Positions 34,282 through 44,568 of a stretch of DNA of 64,000 nt are shown here, one piece after another. The notes under the pieces are model-generated. The model saw only the letters and a list, made by a program, of their open reading frames with translations, was not told the DNA's origin and did not search any database. A program made the position numbers and the translations under genes. Positions within the stretch are counted from its first letter, which is position 1. Every line of letters starts with the position of its first letter. The stretch spans positions 1,696,001-1,760,000 of the forward strand of contig CAVRBU010000002.1 of assembly GCA_963719315.1 (NCBI GenBank), given 5' to 3'. Source of the DNA: an uncultured Planctomycetota bacterium. Its GTDB lineage: Bacteria; Planctomycetota; Planctomycetia; Pirellulales; Lacipirellulaceae.

Positions 34282-35811
34282 ATGGCTTCAGATGCAGACA
34301 ACCTCGGAGCCGCTCGTCGGCGTATTACCGCGGCGTATGATCCCGCGACGCTGCAACAAGCCGGCGACGGGCTGCTGCGTTTGCTCGCCGAGCACCTCCA
34401 GCGCGTCGAATCCCGCGACGCCAAAGTTCTCAATTGGAGCGAACCCCAGGCCCTCATCAACGAGGCCCGCGGCTTTCTGGACGCCGCCGCCGGTGTCTCG
34501 CCGCATGGACGGTACGATCAGTGCGTTTCAGAGCGCTTCACCGAAGTCGCTCGCGAATCCCTCGCCCGCGGCCAAAACCTGCATCATCCCCATTACGTCG
34601 GCCACCAGGTCCCGGCGCCGGTGCCATTAGCCGCCTTGTTCGATCTCATCGGTAGCGTCACCAATCAGGTCATGGCGATCTACGAGATGGGCCCGTGGGC
34701 GACCGCCGTTGAGCACGCCGTGATCGACGCCATGGGCGAACGGCTCGGATTCCAGCCGGGCCATTTTTCGGGGCTGGTCACATCCGGAGGTACGTTGGCG
34801 AATCTCACAGGATTGCTGACCGCGCGGAACGTCACACTTGGCGACGCGTGGACGGCAGGTCTCACCGATCGCCGACCGGCACCAGTTTTAGTCGTTCACG
34901 CCGACGCGCATTATTCGGTCACCCGCTCGGCCGGAATCTTGGGGCTTGGCACTGACCAGGTCGTATTGGCCGCGCTCGATTCGCGCCGACGGATGGACGC
35001 CAACCGCCTCGACGAAATGCTGAAGGGTCTGCGATCGCGGGGCGTGCCGATCGTCGCCGTGTCGGCCGCGGCTTGCGCGACTCCGATCGGCGCATTCGAT
35101 TCGCTGACCGACATCGCCGACGTTTGCCAGCGGCACGAAGCGTGGCTCCACGTAGATGCCGCCCACGGCGGCGCGCTCGCTTTCAGTCCTACACATCGTC
35201 ATCTCCTCGCAGGCGTCGAACGGGCCGACAGCGTCGTTTGCGACGCCCACAAGATGATGTTCATGCCGGCACTCTGTGCGTTGCTGTTCTACCGTAACCC
35301 GGCCCACCGGACGGCAGCTTTCCACCAGGACGCTCCCTACCTGTTCGATCCGCTGATGCCGGAATTGGCCGAATACGACAGCGGCGTGGCAAACCTGGAA
35401 TGCACGAAACGCGCTGCCGCGTTCGGCGTGTGGGGTGTGTGGTCGCTGCTTGGCCCGCAGATTTTTGCGGATATGGTCGATGTGACGATCGACCTCGCCC
35501 AAGAATTTCATGCAATGCTGGAAACGGCCGATGACTTTCAAACGCTGCACGAGCCGCAGTGCAACATCGTCGCGTTCCGCCATGTGCCGGCGGTCCTCCG
35601 CGACGCATCTCCACAACAGATTGACCTGTTTCAGCTTCGCTTGCGCCGTGCGGTAATCGAAGCGGGCGACTTCTACCTGGTGCAAAGCCGCCTCGATGGG
35701 CGACCGGTGCTGCGGACCACGATGATGAATCCGCTCACCACGGTCGACGACCTCCGCAACTTGCTCGCATGTTTGCGGAGGACGGGGATTTCGATCGCGG
35801 CAAATCTTTAG
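34282..35811 (+). CDS. group II PLP-dependent amino-acid decarboxylase
   Basis: HHPHYVGHQ, TSGGTLAN, AHYSV, WLHVDAAHGG, DAHK (PLP lysine). Confidence 0.9.
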   Translation: MASDADNLGAARRRITAAYDPATLQQAGDGLLRLLAEHLQRVESRDAKVLNWSEPQALINEARGFLDAAAGVSPHGRYDQCVSERFTEVARESLARGQNLHHPHYVGHQVPAPVPLAALFDLIGSVTNQVMAIYEMGPWATAVEHAVIDAMGERLGFQPGHFSGLVTSGGTLANLTGLLTARNVTLGDAWTAGLTDRRPAPVLVVHADAHYSVTRSAGILGLGTDQVVLAALDSRRRMDANRLDEMLKGLRSRGVPIVAVSAAACATPIGAFDSLTDIADVCQRHEAWLHVDAAHGGALAFSPTHRHLLAGVERADSVVCDAHKMMFMPALCALLFYRNPAHRTAAFHQDAPYLFDPLMPELAEYDSGVANLECTKRAAAFGVWGVWSLLGPQIFADMVDVTIDLAQEFHAMLETADDFQTLHEPQCNIVAFRHVPAVLRDASPQQIDLFQLRLRRAVIEAGDFYLVQSRLDGRPVLRTTMMNPLTTVDDLRNLLACLRRTGISIAANL

Positions 35812-35945
35812 CGATTGCCGCTCTTGCGCACGCGCATGGCGTTCGTCTTCATCGTTGCGCGGAGCTTGCTCTTGTCCATCTTCTTCCGCAATTCGGCGAA
35901 TTTCGTTGCCGGCTTGCGGCCGGCTGGCTTCTGCGAGTCTGACAT
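35808..35945 (-). CDS. small highly basic protein (45 aa), absent from the ORF track
   Basis: MSDSQKPAGRKPATKFAELRKKMDKSKLRATMKTNAMRVRKSGNR; GGAG 6 nt upstream of ATG; TTGATT-17-TACTAT promoter at 36015-35987. Confidence 0.7.
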   Translation of the reverse strand: MSDSQKPAGRKPATKFAELRKKMDKSKLRATMKTNAMRVRKSGNR

Positions 35946-36133
35946 CTTCTGCTCCAATTGAGTATTCAAGTCCTACAACAATTAGAATAGTAATCAATTC
36001 GGCCAGTCGAATCAAATCCGCCCTAATCATAATTGCTCGGAAGTCGCTTGCATCGCCCGCCCGAAGCAAATGAACGATCTCGCTTTCCAAGCAGCGTGAT
36101 GTTGGCGTTTCATTGTTTTCGCCGGTCAATACA

Positions 36134-37168
36134 ATGAATGCATGCACATGCCTCGATTTTACTGGAACTTCGCTCCTCGCATCGCGCGTAGCTGCGCTCA
36201 TCGTGGCCTGCGCCGGGTGCTGGGAGAAAATTGAATATACAGGGCCTCGCACGCCGTCGGCCACGCCGCACGACTCTGTATCGAGCCCGGTCCCAACCGG
36301 TCATTCGTCGAATGACCTGTCCAATGAGGCGACGTCGAACAGTGTTGCCGATGCGCCACCCGTCATTGAGGAAGCTCCCCCATTGCCGCCAACCGCCTCG
36401 CCGCCAGAAACGCCCACGGTGCCCACAGCTGCGACTGAGACTCCCCCTCACAATCCCGCGGGCGACGACCGTTACACCACGCCCGTCGTCGAAAGCCCGC
36501 CGGCGGCTGAGCCGTCCAACGTGGCCGCGCCCGCTGCCGAGTCCGAAATCCCGAATCCATACGCCGAGGCCGATCCGTCTCGCCACACCGATGCAACGCC
36601 AGTCTCCGCCACCGCCGCCGCCGATCAGCCGGCGAGCGGACTCAATAGCCGCCGGGCGGCGTGGTTGTTGGGGAGCCGCCTGAGCCTGGCCGCCCTGGCG
36701 CATGACCGCGGCATCGCGGCGAAGAATGTGCCTGTCTGGTTTGCGGACACGCAGGCGGCAGCCAAGTTGCTGGGAACGACCGTTCTCGACCTGCCCGAGC
36801 CCGCGGACGCGGGCGACACAGCTCCAGCATCGAGCCGAGTGATTAATTATTTAGTGGTAAGTGGCCAGCGGATCGGCCCCGAACTCTCAAAACGGCAAGG
36901 CCAGGAGCAATCGGCGCTATTCGAAATTGCGCTGAAGTCGAACATTCTGCTGCTGCTCTACAGCCCCGGAACTTCGGCGGGCAGTTCGATCGCGGCCGCC
37001 ATTTCAAGGGCGGCGCCGCAGGCGAAGCTGCCCGCCGAATTGTGGCAGCCCCTGGTCGTCGCGTTAAACAAGCAGGCGCCGCAAACCGAAGTGCGGGCGG
37101 CCGTCCGCAAGATGCACATCGACGTAGAGAAACATCTGTCCCAGCCCGCGGAGCAGAACGGTCGATGA
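36134..37168 (+). CDS. hypothetical lipoprotein with Pro/Ala/Thr-rich linker
   Basis: lipobox-like IVACAGC, low-complexity linker, helical C-terminal domain; ATGA overlap with lnt. Confidence 0.7.
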   Translation: MNACTCLDFTGTSLLASRVAALIVACAGCWEKIEYTGPRTPSATPHDSVSSPVPTGHSSNDLSNEATSNSVADAPPVIEEAPPLPPTASPPETPTVPTAATETPPHNPAGDDRYTTPVVESPPAAEPSNVAAPAAESEIPNPYAEADPSRHTDATPVSATAAADQPASGLNSRRAAWLLGSRLSLAALAHDRGIAAKNVPVWFADTQAAAKLLGTTVLDLPEPADAGDTAPASSRVINYLVVSGQRIGPELSKRQGQEQSALFEIALKSNILLLLYSPGTSAGSSIAAAISRAAPQAKLPAELWQPLVVALNKQAPQTEVRAAVRKMHIDVEKHLSQPAEQNGR

Positions 37169-38922
37169 GTTCTCCGGCAACTACGCCGCCGGCCTGGCGT
37201 CGTTCGACGTTCGCGGTCGCCCTCGTCGGCAGTCTGTTGATGTGGGCGGCGATGCCCCCGTGGCCTCTGGGCTGGCTCGGTTGGATCGCCCCCGTACCGT
37301 GGCTGCTCCTGGTGTGCTCCGATGAGTTGCCTGGCCGCAGGCCTTACCGCGCTTTGTACCTGGCTGGACTGGTGTACTGGCTGCTGGCAATTTCATGGTT
37401 GATTTTGCCGTACCCGCTGCTGACCTGGATCGGTTGGCTCGCCCTTTCCGCCTATCTCGCGATTTATTTGCCGCTGTTCGTGGGACTTACCCGCATAGCG
37501 GTGCATCGTTTCGCGCTGCCGATGTGGCTGGCAGCGCCCATAGTTTGGACCGGGCTGGAGTTGGCGCGGGCCCACGTGATGACCGGCTTCCTGATGGCCT
37601 CGCTGGCACACACGCAGACAAAGTGGACCACGCTCATCCAAATCAGCGACCTCGTCGGCGAATACGGCGTGGATTTCGTGATGCTGCTGGTTGCGGCGTG
37701 TGTCGCAGAGGCATTGCGGATTGCGGATTGCGGAATGCGGATTAGGAATTTCAATCCGCAATTCGAAATCCGCAATCCGAAATCGAAACTCCCCCGCATC
37801 CTCACCGCGCTCGCCCCGGCAGCCGCGGCGCTAGCCCTCACGCTTGGCTACGGACACTGGCGCGTGGGACAGATCGATCAGATTACCAAAAGCGCGAAAG
37901 AACCCGGACCGCGCATGGCCCTCATTCAGGGCAATAGCCTGGCCGAATGGAAGTCGGACCCGAACCGCGACGGCCAAATCATGGGCGAATACATGGAGCT
38001 ATCGAGGCGCGCCGTGGCCGCCGCGCGCAACGTCGGCGACGGGCGGCCGATCGATTTGATCGTTTGGCCGGAGACGATGTACCGCAACCCGCTCAGGGAC
38101 TTCGACGCCGGCTTCAAACTGCCGGCCGACACCACGCTCACGACGGAAGACTTCTTGGCCGGCGACCGGCGGCAGCTAGCCAATTTGGCCGAATATTTGC
38201 GTACTCCATTACTGGTTGGTATCGACCGCTTTCATTTTGTGGCCGACGATCGGTCGACCAGCAACATGCCGACGATCCGAGCCTACAATTCGGCAGCGCT
38301 CGTCGAACGCGATGGCACGATTGTCGGAACTTACGACAAGATGCATCGCGTAATGTTCGGCGAGTACATTCCGTTCGCCGATTGGATCCCGTTCTTGTAC
38401 AAGATCACGCCGCTGACCGGCGGCATCGTTGCCGGCACGGAGCCCGCCGCATTGCGGCTTGGCGCGAAATACTGTTTCGCGCCCAACATCTGCTATGAAA
38501 CCGCCATCCCCCACGTAATCCGCCGCCAAGTCGCCACGCTGCAAAGGCGTGGCGAGAAACCAAACGCGCTCGTCAATCTCACGAACGACGCCTGGTACTC
38601 GCACTCTAGCGAGCTCGATATGCACCTCGCGTGCGACGTATTCCGAGCAGTCGAAACGCGCACGCCTTTGGTCATCGCCGCCAACGGCGGCATTTCGGCC
38701 TCAATCGACCGCGCCGGCCGCATTCGCGCCCGGTTGGGCAAGCAGCAAGCCGATTTTTTGCTGGCCGACATCGACCCGGGCTTCATGGCCAGTTGGTATG
38801 TGCAATTCGGCGACTGGTTCGCGGCCCTGTGTTTGGCAGGCTGCGTCTTTTTCGTTATCGTTGAATGGCGCGCCCGCCGCGCCCTTCGCCACCGCCCGGT
38901 GGCCCCACCCCCTGTCGCCTGA
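37165..38922 (+). CDS. lnt: apolipoprotein N-acyltransferase
   Basis: multiple TM segments; QGN, WPET, YDKMHRVMFGEY, ICYE, NDAWY. Confidence 0.94.
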   Translation: MSSPATTPPAWRRSTFAVALVGSLLMWAAMPPWPLGWLGWIAPVPWLLLVCSDELPGRRPYRALYLAGLVYWLLAISWLILPYPLLTWIGWLALSAYLAIYLPLFVGLTRIAVHRFALPMWLAAPIVWTGLELARAHVMTGFLMASLAHTQTKWTTLIQISDLVGEYGVDFVMLLVAACVAEALRIADCGMRIRNFNPQFEIRNPKSKLPRILTALAPAAAALALTLGYGHWRVGQIDQITKSAKEPGPRMALIQGNSLAEWKSDPNRDGQIMGEYMELSRRAVAAARNVGDGRPIDLIVWPETMYRNPLRDFDAGFKLPADTTLTTEDFLAGDRRQLANLAEYLRTPLLVGIDRFHFVADDRSTSNMPTIRAYNSAALVERDGTIVGTYDKMHRVMFGEYIPFADWIPFLYKITPLTGGIVAGTEPAALRLGAKYCFAPNICYETAIPHVIRRQVATLQRRGEKPNALVNLTNDAWYSHSSELDMHLACDVFRAVETRTPLVIAANGGISASIDRAGRIRARLGKQQADFLLADIDPGFMASWYVQFGDWFAALCLAGCVFFVIVEWRARRALRHRPVAPPPVA

Positions 38923-38939
38923 CCTCCCCTCTCCCCCTT

Positions 38940-40724
38940 ATGCCCGTCGTCCTGCAATTGATCGACGCCCATAAGCGATACGGCGAGCAAGCGTTGCTCG
39001 ACGGCACGAGCTGTGCGCTGGCCGACGACCAGAAAATCGGGCTCATCGGTCGCAACGGGGCGGGCAAATCGACCGTTTGTCGAATTTTTCTGGGCGAGGA
39101 GGAACTCGACGCCGGTGACGTCGTACGCGGCCGACAGTTGCGGCTCGGATATTTACGCCAACACGATCCATTTCTGCCGGGCGAAACGGTCCGCGAATTC
39201 TTGATGCGCGACAGCGGCCAACCCGATTGGCGCTGCGGCGAGGTGGCCTGGCAGTTCCAATTTCCAGACGTCATGCTCGACCGGCCGGTGCGCGAACTCT
39301 CCGGGGGTTGGCAAACTCGCACCAAACTGGCCGCGCTACTGCTGCACGATCCGAATCTACTGATCCTCGACGAGCCGACGAACTTTCTCGACCTGCGCAC
39401 GCAAATGCTGCTGGAACACTTCCTCCAAGGCTTCCGCGGCGGCTGCCTCATCGTGTCGCACGATCGGGAGTTCTTGAAGAAGACATGTTCGCACACGCTG
39501 GAGCTCTCGCGCGGCCAGCTCACCATGTATCCGGGCAGAGTGGACGCCTACCTTGCCAACTTGGCCGAGCGCCGAGAACACGATTTGCGGGTAAACGCCA
39601 CCACGCTATCCAAACGCCGCCAGTTGGAAACATTCATCTCCAAAAATCGCGCCCGGGCCAGTACGGCGAGCCAGGCCAAGAGCAAGGCCAAGCAACTCGA
39701 GCGACTGGAGTTGATTCACATCGAAGGCGCTGAGGCCACCGTGCGTTTCAAATTCCCGGAGATCGAGCCGCGGCAGGGACCAGCGGTACGGACGAAACAT
39801 TTGGCCATCGGATATCCGGATCACACCGTTGCCCGCGATGTCCACGTGGAGATGGACCACGGCACGCGGATCGGCATTGTGGGGGACAACGGCCAGGGCA
39901 AGACGACATTTCTGCGAACGGTTTGCGGCTCGCTGCCGCCGATCGCCGGCGACGTCCTTTGGGGCTTTGGCTGCCAGGTGGGCGTCTACGCTCAGCATGT
40001 GTACACGACGCTGCCCGAACAAAAGACCGTGCTCGAATACCTCGAATACCAAGCCGCGAAGGGCACCGTGACGCAGCAGATCAAAGACGTCGCCGGCAGT
40101 CTGCTATTCAGCGGCGAGATGGTGGAAAAGAAAATCCGTGTGCTCAGTGGCGGCGAGCGGGCTCGCCTCGTGTTGGCTGGACTGCTGTTGCAGCGAAACA
40201 ACGTGCTCGTACTCGATGAACCGGGCAACCATCTCGATGTCGAATCGGTCGAAGCGCTGGCCGAGGCGTTGATCGGTTACAGCGGTACCGTGGTCTTCAC
40301 AAGCCACGACCGGCACTTCATGCACCGCGTGGCGACACACGTCGTCGAAGTCCGCGCCGGTCGCGTGGCGAGCTACCCGGGCGGTTTCGACGAGTACGTC
40401 TATCGCATCCAGAACGAAATTGACTCCGGCCTGCGAGCACCGCATGGAACGGCCCTTGGGCCAAGCCTGCCGGCGTCTGCGCCCGCGGCCGACAACAAAG
40501 CGCGCGGCCGATCCGATCGCGATTTCCAGAAGAAACTCAAAGCGGTCGAGCGAAAGATCGCTCGCTTGGACGAGGAGAAACGCGGCGTGGGCGAACTGCT
40601 GTTGAGCGTCGCCGACGCCGCCGAGGCCCGGCGGCTGCACGCGGAGCTGACGAAGCTCACATCCGAACTGGCAACGATGGAAGAAGAGTGGCTGCAGCTT
40701 TCGTCGGAGTTAGAATCCGCCTGA
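38940..40724 (+). CDS. ABC-F family ATP-binding protein
   Basis: two NBDs (GRNGAGKS/LSGG/LDEPTN; GDNGQGKT/LSGGE/LDEPGN), no TM segments, C-terminal coiled coil. Confidence 0.93.
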   Translation: MPVVLQLIDAHKRYGEQALLDGTSCALADDQKIGLIGRNGAGKSTVCRIFLGEEELDAGDVVRGRQLRLGYLRQHDPFLPGETVREFLMRDSGQPDWRCGEVAWQFQFPDVMLDRPVRELSGGWQTRTKLAALLLHDPNLLILDEPTNFLDLRTQMLLEHFLQGFRGGCLIVSHDREFLKKTCSHTLELSRGQLTMYPGRVDAYLANLAERREHDLRVNATTLSKRRQLETFISKNRARASTASQAKSKAKQLERLELIHIEGAEATVRFKFPEIEPRQGPAVRTKHLAIGYPDHTVARDVHVEMDHGTRIGIVGDNGQGKTTFLRTVCGSLPPIAGDVLWGFGCQVGVYAQHVYTTLPEQKTVLEYLEYQAAKGTVTQQIKDVAGSLLFSGEMVEKKIRVLSGGERARLVLAGLLLQRNNVLVLDEPGNHLDVESVEALAEALIGYSGTVVFTSHDRHFMHRVATHVVEVRAGRVASYPGGFDEYVYRIQNEIDSGLRAPHGTALGPSLPASAPAADNKARGRSDRDFQKKLKAVERKIARLDEEKRGVGELLLSVADAAEARRLHAELTKLTSELATMEEEWLQLSSELESA

Positions 40725-42296
40725 TACGAGTCGGGCAATACGCAGCAGCATGAGCGCTAGGCAGAGCAGCGTCATTGTTTGTGGTTCGGGCACAGCCCGC
40801 GGATCGAGCGAAGTGCCTGCGGCGGCGGCCGCTGTTGCGCCGAACCCGGCTCGCCAACGTGCATAATCGGCCTGATCAATGATGCCGCTGCCGTCGCCAT
40901 CGGCGCCGCTGTAGCGAGTGACGGCCGACCCGAGCGATTTCCGCCATGCCACATAATCTCCGGCGTCGACCTGGCCGTCACGATTGTAATCGCCGGCCAA
41001 CGCGCCGTATTCGTAGGCCCCAATATCGATTGCGCCACCCGCCGGCCGCGGCAGGCCTGTTAGATCCGCCGGCGGAGCCCCGGCGCTATTGCCCGCATTG
41101 ATTGCCGGCGATGTGCTTTTAAGGTGATAGTCGTTGCCGTTCGGATTCACGAAGAGTGCTGCCGCGTCCGCAACGAGCGAATGAAGGTCGTTACCGGTCG
41201 CCGCTCGCCATTGCGCGAGGTTCAGGATCGTGTCGCTGTCGTCCGTCGTAAATCTCGATAGGACGGCGTTGTAGTCGCTGCTGAAGCCGGAAAGGCTGTC
41301 CGGCGAAATGTCGATCGCGCCATGCGACGAGTGGTTGTTGAGCAAGATGTTATTGCGGGCAGTGTTGTTCGTGCTCTCGCTTTTGATATTGAGCGCCCAT
41401 CGCGCGTCGCTAGCTTCGATCACCGTGTTATTGACGACGACGTTGCCGGTCGAGCCGGCAGCACCGTCTTCGTGGTACAGCGAAATGCCGCTGGCGTGGT
41501 TGTTATAGAGCAGATTATTCTCGATCCGCGAATTCTGCACGCCGTCCATGTTGATTCCGCTTCCGCCGCCGAGTTTTGGGACCATGCTGTTGGCGATTGC
41601 GTTGTTGTAAATGCGATTCCCGCTCACGACCGCGCCGGAAATAATGCCGTCGCCACCCTGGCTGAGATCGCCATTCATGTGGATTCCGCTGCCGTGATTA
41701 TCGAAAATTATGTTGTTGCGAATCACAGGCCGATCGCCGCTGTTGGAGACGTAAATGCCATGTTGCTCGACGGAACCAGAGGTCTGGTTGAACTCGATCA
41801 AGAGATCATTCACGTGCCCCGTAAAGATTCCCCAAACGCCGTTATTCGTCGCCGTCACGTTGCGGACAGTGACGAAATCGGCAAAGTCGTCGGGAAAGCC
41901 GACAGACCGCACGCCGGCCCGCGGCATGCCGGCGACTGAGAAGCCATCGAGAACGATGTACGAGGCGCCTTCGAGATTGATTCCGTCCGGCGTGGTGGCG
42001 TTTCGCTGATTGATGAGCACATTGGGCTCGGCGTCGAACTCGATGGGTGCAGCGGCCGTGCCGCTGGTATCGAGGTAGAAGCCCGTGTAGTTTCCCGCCC
42101 GAACCGTCACGCGATCACCGGGGCCAACGACATTCGCCGCGTGCTGAAGTGTCTTCCACGGCGCCGTTGAATTGCCAGCGCCCGAATCGCTGCCCGTTGT
42201 GGCGACGAAATACTGATTGGCCGCAGCGCCGCCGGCGGTTGCGGCCACCGCCACGCTCGCCAGAATCAGGCGTCGAACATCCATGCGATTTCTCAC
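40710..42296 (-). CDS. right-handed beta-helix protein with dockerin-like domain and PEP-CTERM
   Basis: YFVATTGSD, Asn-rich parallel beta-helix repeats, IDIGAYE, GDYNRDGQVDAGDY, VPEP+TM. Confidence 0.85.
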   Translation of the reverse strand: MRNRMDVRRLILASVAVAATAGGAAANQYFVATTGSDSGAGNSTAPWKTLQHAANVVGPGDRVTVRAGNYTGFYLDTSGTAAAPIEFDAEPNVLINQRNATTPDGINLEGASYIVLDGFSVAGMPRAGVRSVGFPDDFADFVTVRNVTATNNGVWGIFTGHVNDLLIEFNQTSGSVEQHGIYVSNSGDRPVIRNNIIFDNHGSGIHMNGDLSQGGDGIISGAVVSGNRIYNNAIANSMVPKLGGGSGINMDGVQNSRIENNLLYNNHASGISLYHEDGAAGSTGNVVVNNTVIEASDARWALNIKSESTNNTARNNILLNNHSSHGAIDISPDSLSGFSSDYNAVLSRFTTDDSDTILNLAQWRAATGNDLHSLVADAAALFVNPNGNDYHLKSTSPAINAGNSAGAPPADLTGLPRPAGGAIDIGAYEYGALAGDYNRDGQVDAGDYVAWRKSLGSAVTRYSGADGDGSGIIDQADYARWRAGFGATAAAAAGTSLDPRAVPEPQTMTLLCLALMLLRIARLVSGGF

Positions 42297-43286
42297 CTAG
42301 CGACTTGTCTTGCGGCGGCTCAAAAAGAGAACGGTTAACGCCAGCAGCAAATATGCGATCGCGCTCGGTTCTGGCACCGTCCCAGCTCCGTCGCCCACGA
42401 GGAATGAACCGGAACCTCCGGTAGCGCCAAAGTGGCTTCGCCATGCCGTATAGTCGCCGGCTCCAATAGAACCGTTGTTGTCGCCATCGGCCGGCAAGCC
42501 ACTGCCCGATTGATTCAGCGTATTCCGCCACACGACATAATCGGCCGCGTCCACGACGCCGTTCATGTTGTAATCGCCTGTTAGTGCCGGCGGCGTGAAC
42601 AGCCGGGCGAAGTTCGACGAGCGGGCCGTCGCAATTTGGCTGGCCGTGAGTTGTTGGCTCGTGCCCTGCGGGCTCATCAGGTTAGCTGTTTGGTTGGGTG
42701 TGTGGTCGAGCCCAAGGTTGTGCCCGATTTCATGAGCCATCACGCTGGCGATTACATCGAGACCGTTATCGAATGTAAGCAGGCTGTCGCCGACGTATCC
42801 CGTAATACCATTGCCGGAGATTCGGGCATAACCGGCGGAGGTGCTTTCGTTGAGTGGCATGAACGCTGGCACCACGTTCACCAGGATCAAGTTAAGCGTG
42901 AGGGAATCGGCATTGAGAATCCCGCCCGTGCTGGCAGCGTTCGCGAAGATCGTGTTCAAGTCGCCGCTCGGCCGAGTCCCACTGCCCGCGTTGCCCTGAT
43001 AGGCGAACGTGTTGTTGTAATGAGTGATGGTCGGCAGAACGTTGATATCAATGCCGGCTTGCGCCCAAATCGAATCAATGCCGGCCTCGATATCGGCCCG
43101 CTGTGTCGCGTTGCCAAAGACCGTGGCCGGCAACGTCCCGTTATTGAGCGCCGTTTGAATCAATTGCACCTTCACCTGGCGCGTTATCTGCTGCGGCGCG
43201 TCGACGATCAGCGTGGCCGAAAGCGAACCCGCCATCAGCACCACTGCCAAAGCAGCCGCAGTCACGCAAGCGATTCGGCAACGCAT
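42297..43286 (-). CDS. metzincin-type zinc protease with dockerin-like domain and PEP-CTERM
   Basis: HEIGHNLGLDH, Met-turn NLM, GDYNMNGVVDAADY, VPEP+TM+RRK. Confidence 0.85.
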   Translation of the reverse strand: MRCRIACVTAAALAVVLMAGSLSATLIVDAPQQITRQVKVQLIQTALNNGTLPATVFGNATQRADIEAGIDSIWAQAGIDINVLPTITHYNNTFAYQGNAGSGTRPSGDLNTIFANAASTGGILNADSLTLNLILVNVVPAFMPLNESTSAGYARISGNGITGYVGDSLLTFDNGLDVIASVMAHEIGHNLGLDHTPNQTANLMSPQGTSQQLTASQIATARSSNFARLFTPPALTGDYNMNGVVDAADYVVWRNTLNQSGSGLPADGDNNGSIGAGDYTAWRSHFGATGGSGSFLVGDGAGTVPEPSAIAYLLLALTVLFLSRRKTSR

Positions 43287-43368
43287 ATCTACCTCCCTGC
43301 CCTATCCGACGACAATGTAATGACTCGTCGGCAGGTGCAAACTCTATTCCGCCATGAGGAGTGACAAA

Positions 43369-43389
43369 TAGTCCGGGAGGGATCCGAAC
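43369..43389 (-). other. tRNA 3'-end-like fragment, putative att site
   Basis: minus strand GTTCGGATCCCTCCCGGACTA resembles a T-loop plus acceptor strand; the accessory region begins here. Confidence 0.5.
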
Positions 43390-44091
43390 TAGATCAACAT
43401 TATAGCACTTCCGGTGACGAAAGGGCCTGCGCTGCACCAGCGCTGCAGTTCGGCGGCTTTTCGGATGATGACCAGGCCGCTGCCATCCTGAATGCTTGGC
43501 CGCGCCTGCCGGTCGAGGTAAAGGCGAAAATCATGCGAGTGGTCGAGGCGGCGTGCAAGCAGCTTGAGGAGGGGTGAGCGGCTGCGATTAAGATGAGGCC
43601 CCCACGTTGGAGCACAGGCGTTCAGCTAGCATTCTCCCTCCTGTCGAATGACAGGCGACACCCGTGGCCGCATTCTGTGGACGCGGTTCCACATTCGTTC
43701 GATTCGACTATCTTTGGGGAGCCGCTAATGAATGGGCATAATGGGCATACTGTTGTTGTACGGCCGCGTTGTCTCCGGTCCTGCCGCAAGCTACGGGGCG
43801 TTTTGTGTCGGGTTCAAGTGAGGTTGTGTGAGCTTCGTTGCTCCTGCGATCGTGCCATGCCGAGCCTGCAAAAGTGCAAATTGGCGCCCGGCACAAATTT
43901 GTGCCATGGCCTCTCACCCACGCCGCCCACATTCCGCTGATCGGCCGCTTTTCGTGCGGCGGTTGGCGACCGCCCTCCGGCTCGGCCGCGATCTGCTGTT
44001 GAATTGCTGCGCGAGAGTGTAAACTCTGGGCTACAGCTGTTCGTAGAGCGGCTGGCCCGGTCGCCGGGTGGCTGCTTCCAGCAACTTCCGC

Positions 44092-44568
44092 TATACCCTA
44101 CGCGGCCAGCAATGAGACATCTTCGAATCGCTGAAAGTTGAGCGTCATGAGGGATTTGAGGGGTTCGGCGTGGCGGGTTGCGAGGTCGGCGATTGTTTCT
44201 TGGATGGCGGCTTGAAACTCTTGAAATCCGGGATGGTAACGCCCATAGATGGCCCGCCGCTTGATGAACTTCCAAAGCCGTTCGATGAGGTTCAGGTTCG
44301 GCGAGTAGGAGGGCAGGAACAGCAGCGTGATTTCCAGTTGCGTCGCCAACGCTTGCACCGCGGCGTTACGTTGGTAGCGTGCGGCTCCGGATGAGACTCC
44401 CGCTCGGCCGCGACAATTCGCTGTTCCTCTTCCGTCAATCGGACTCGAAACCAAGCCATGACAGCCCTCCTTGCCAGCAACACGCCATCCTCCTCGATGG
44501 CGACATAAGGGCCTTGTACAACAAATCAGCTACTCGGGAACAGATCATTTATCCCCACGCAGGGTATA
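44092..44568 (-). mobile_element. internally deleted IS630-family element (non-autonomous)
   Basis: terminal IRs TATACCCTACGCGG / CCACGCAGGGTATA with TA ends; transposase N-terminus joined to C-terminus FLPSYSPNLNLIERLW. Confidence 0.85.

Noticed and set aside
43369..43389. Complete tRNA gene
   Set aside because: Only a T-loop/acceptor-like fragment, with no D or anticodon arm
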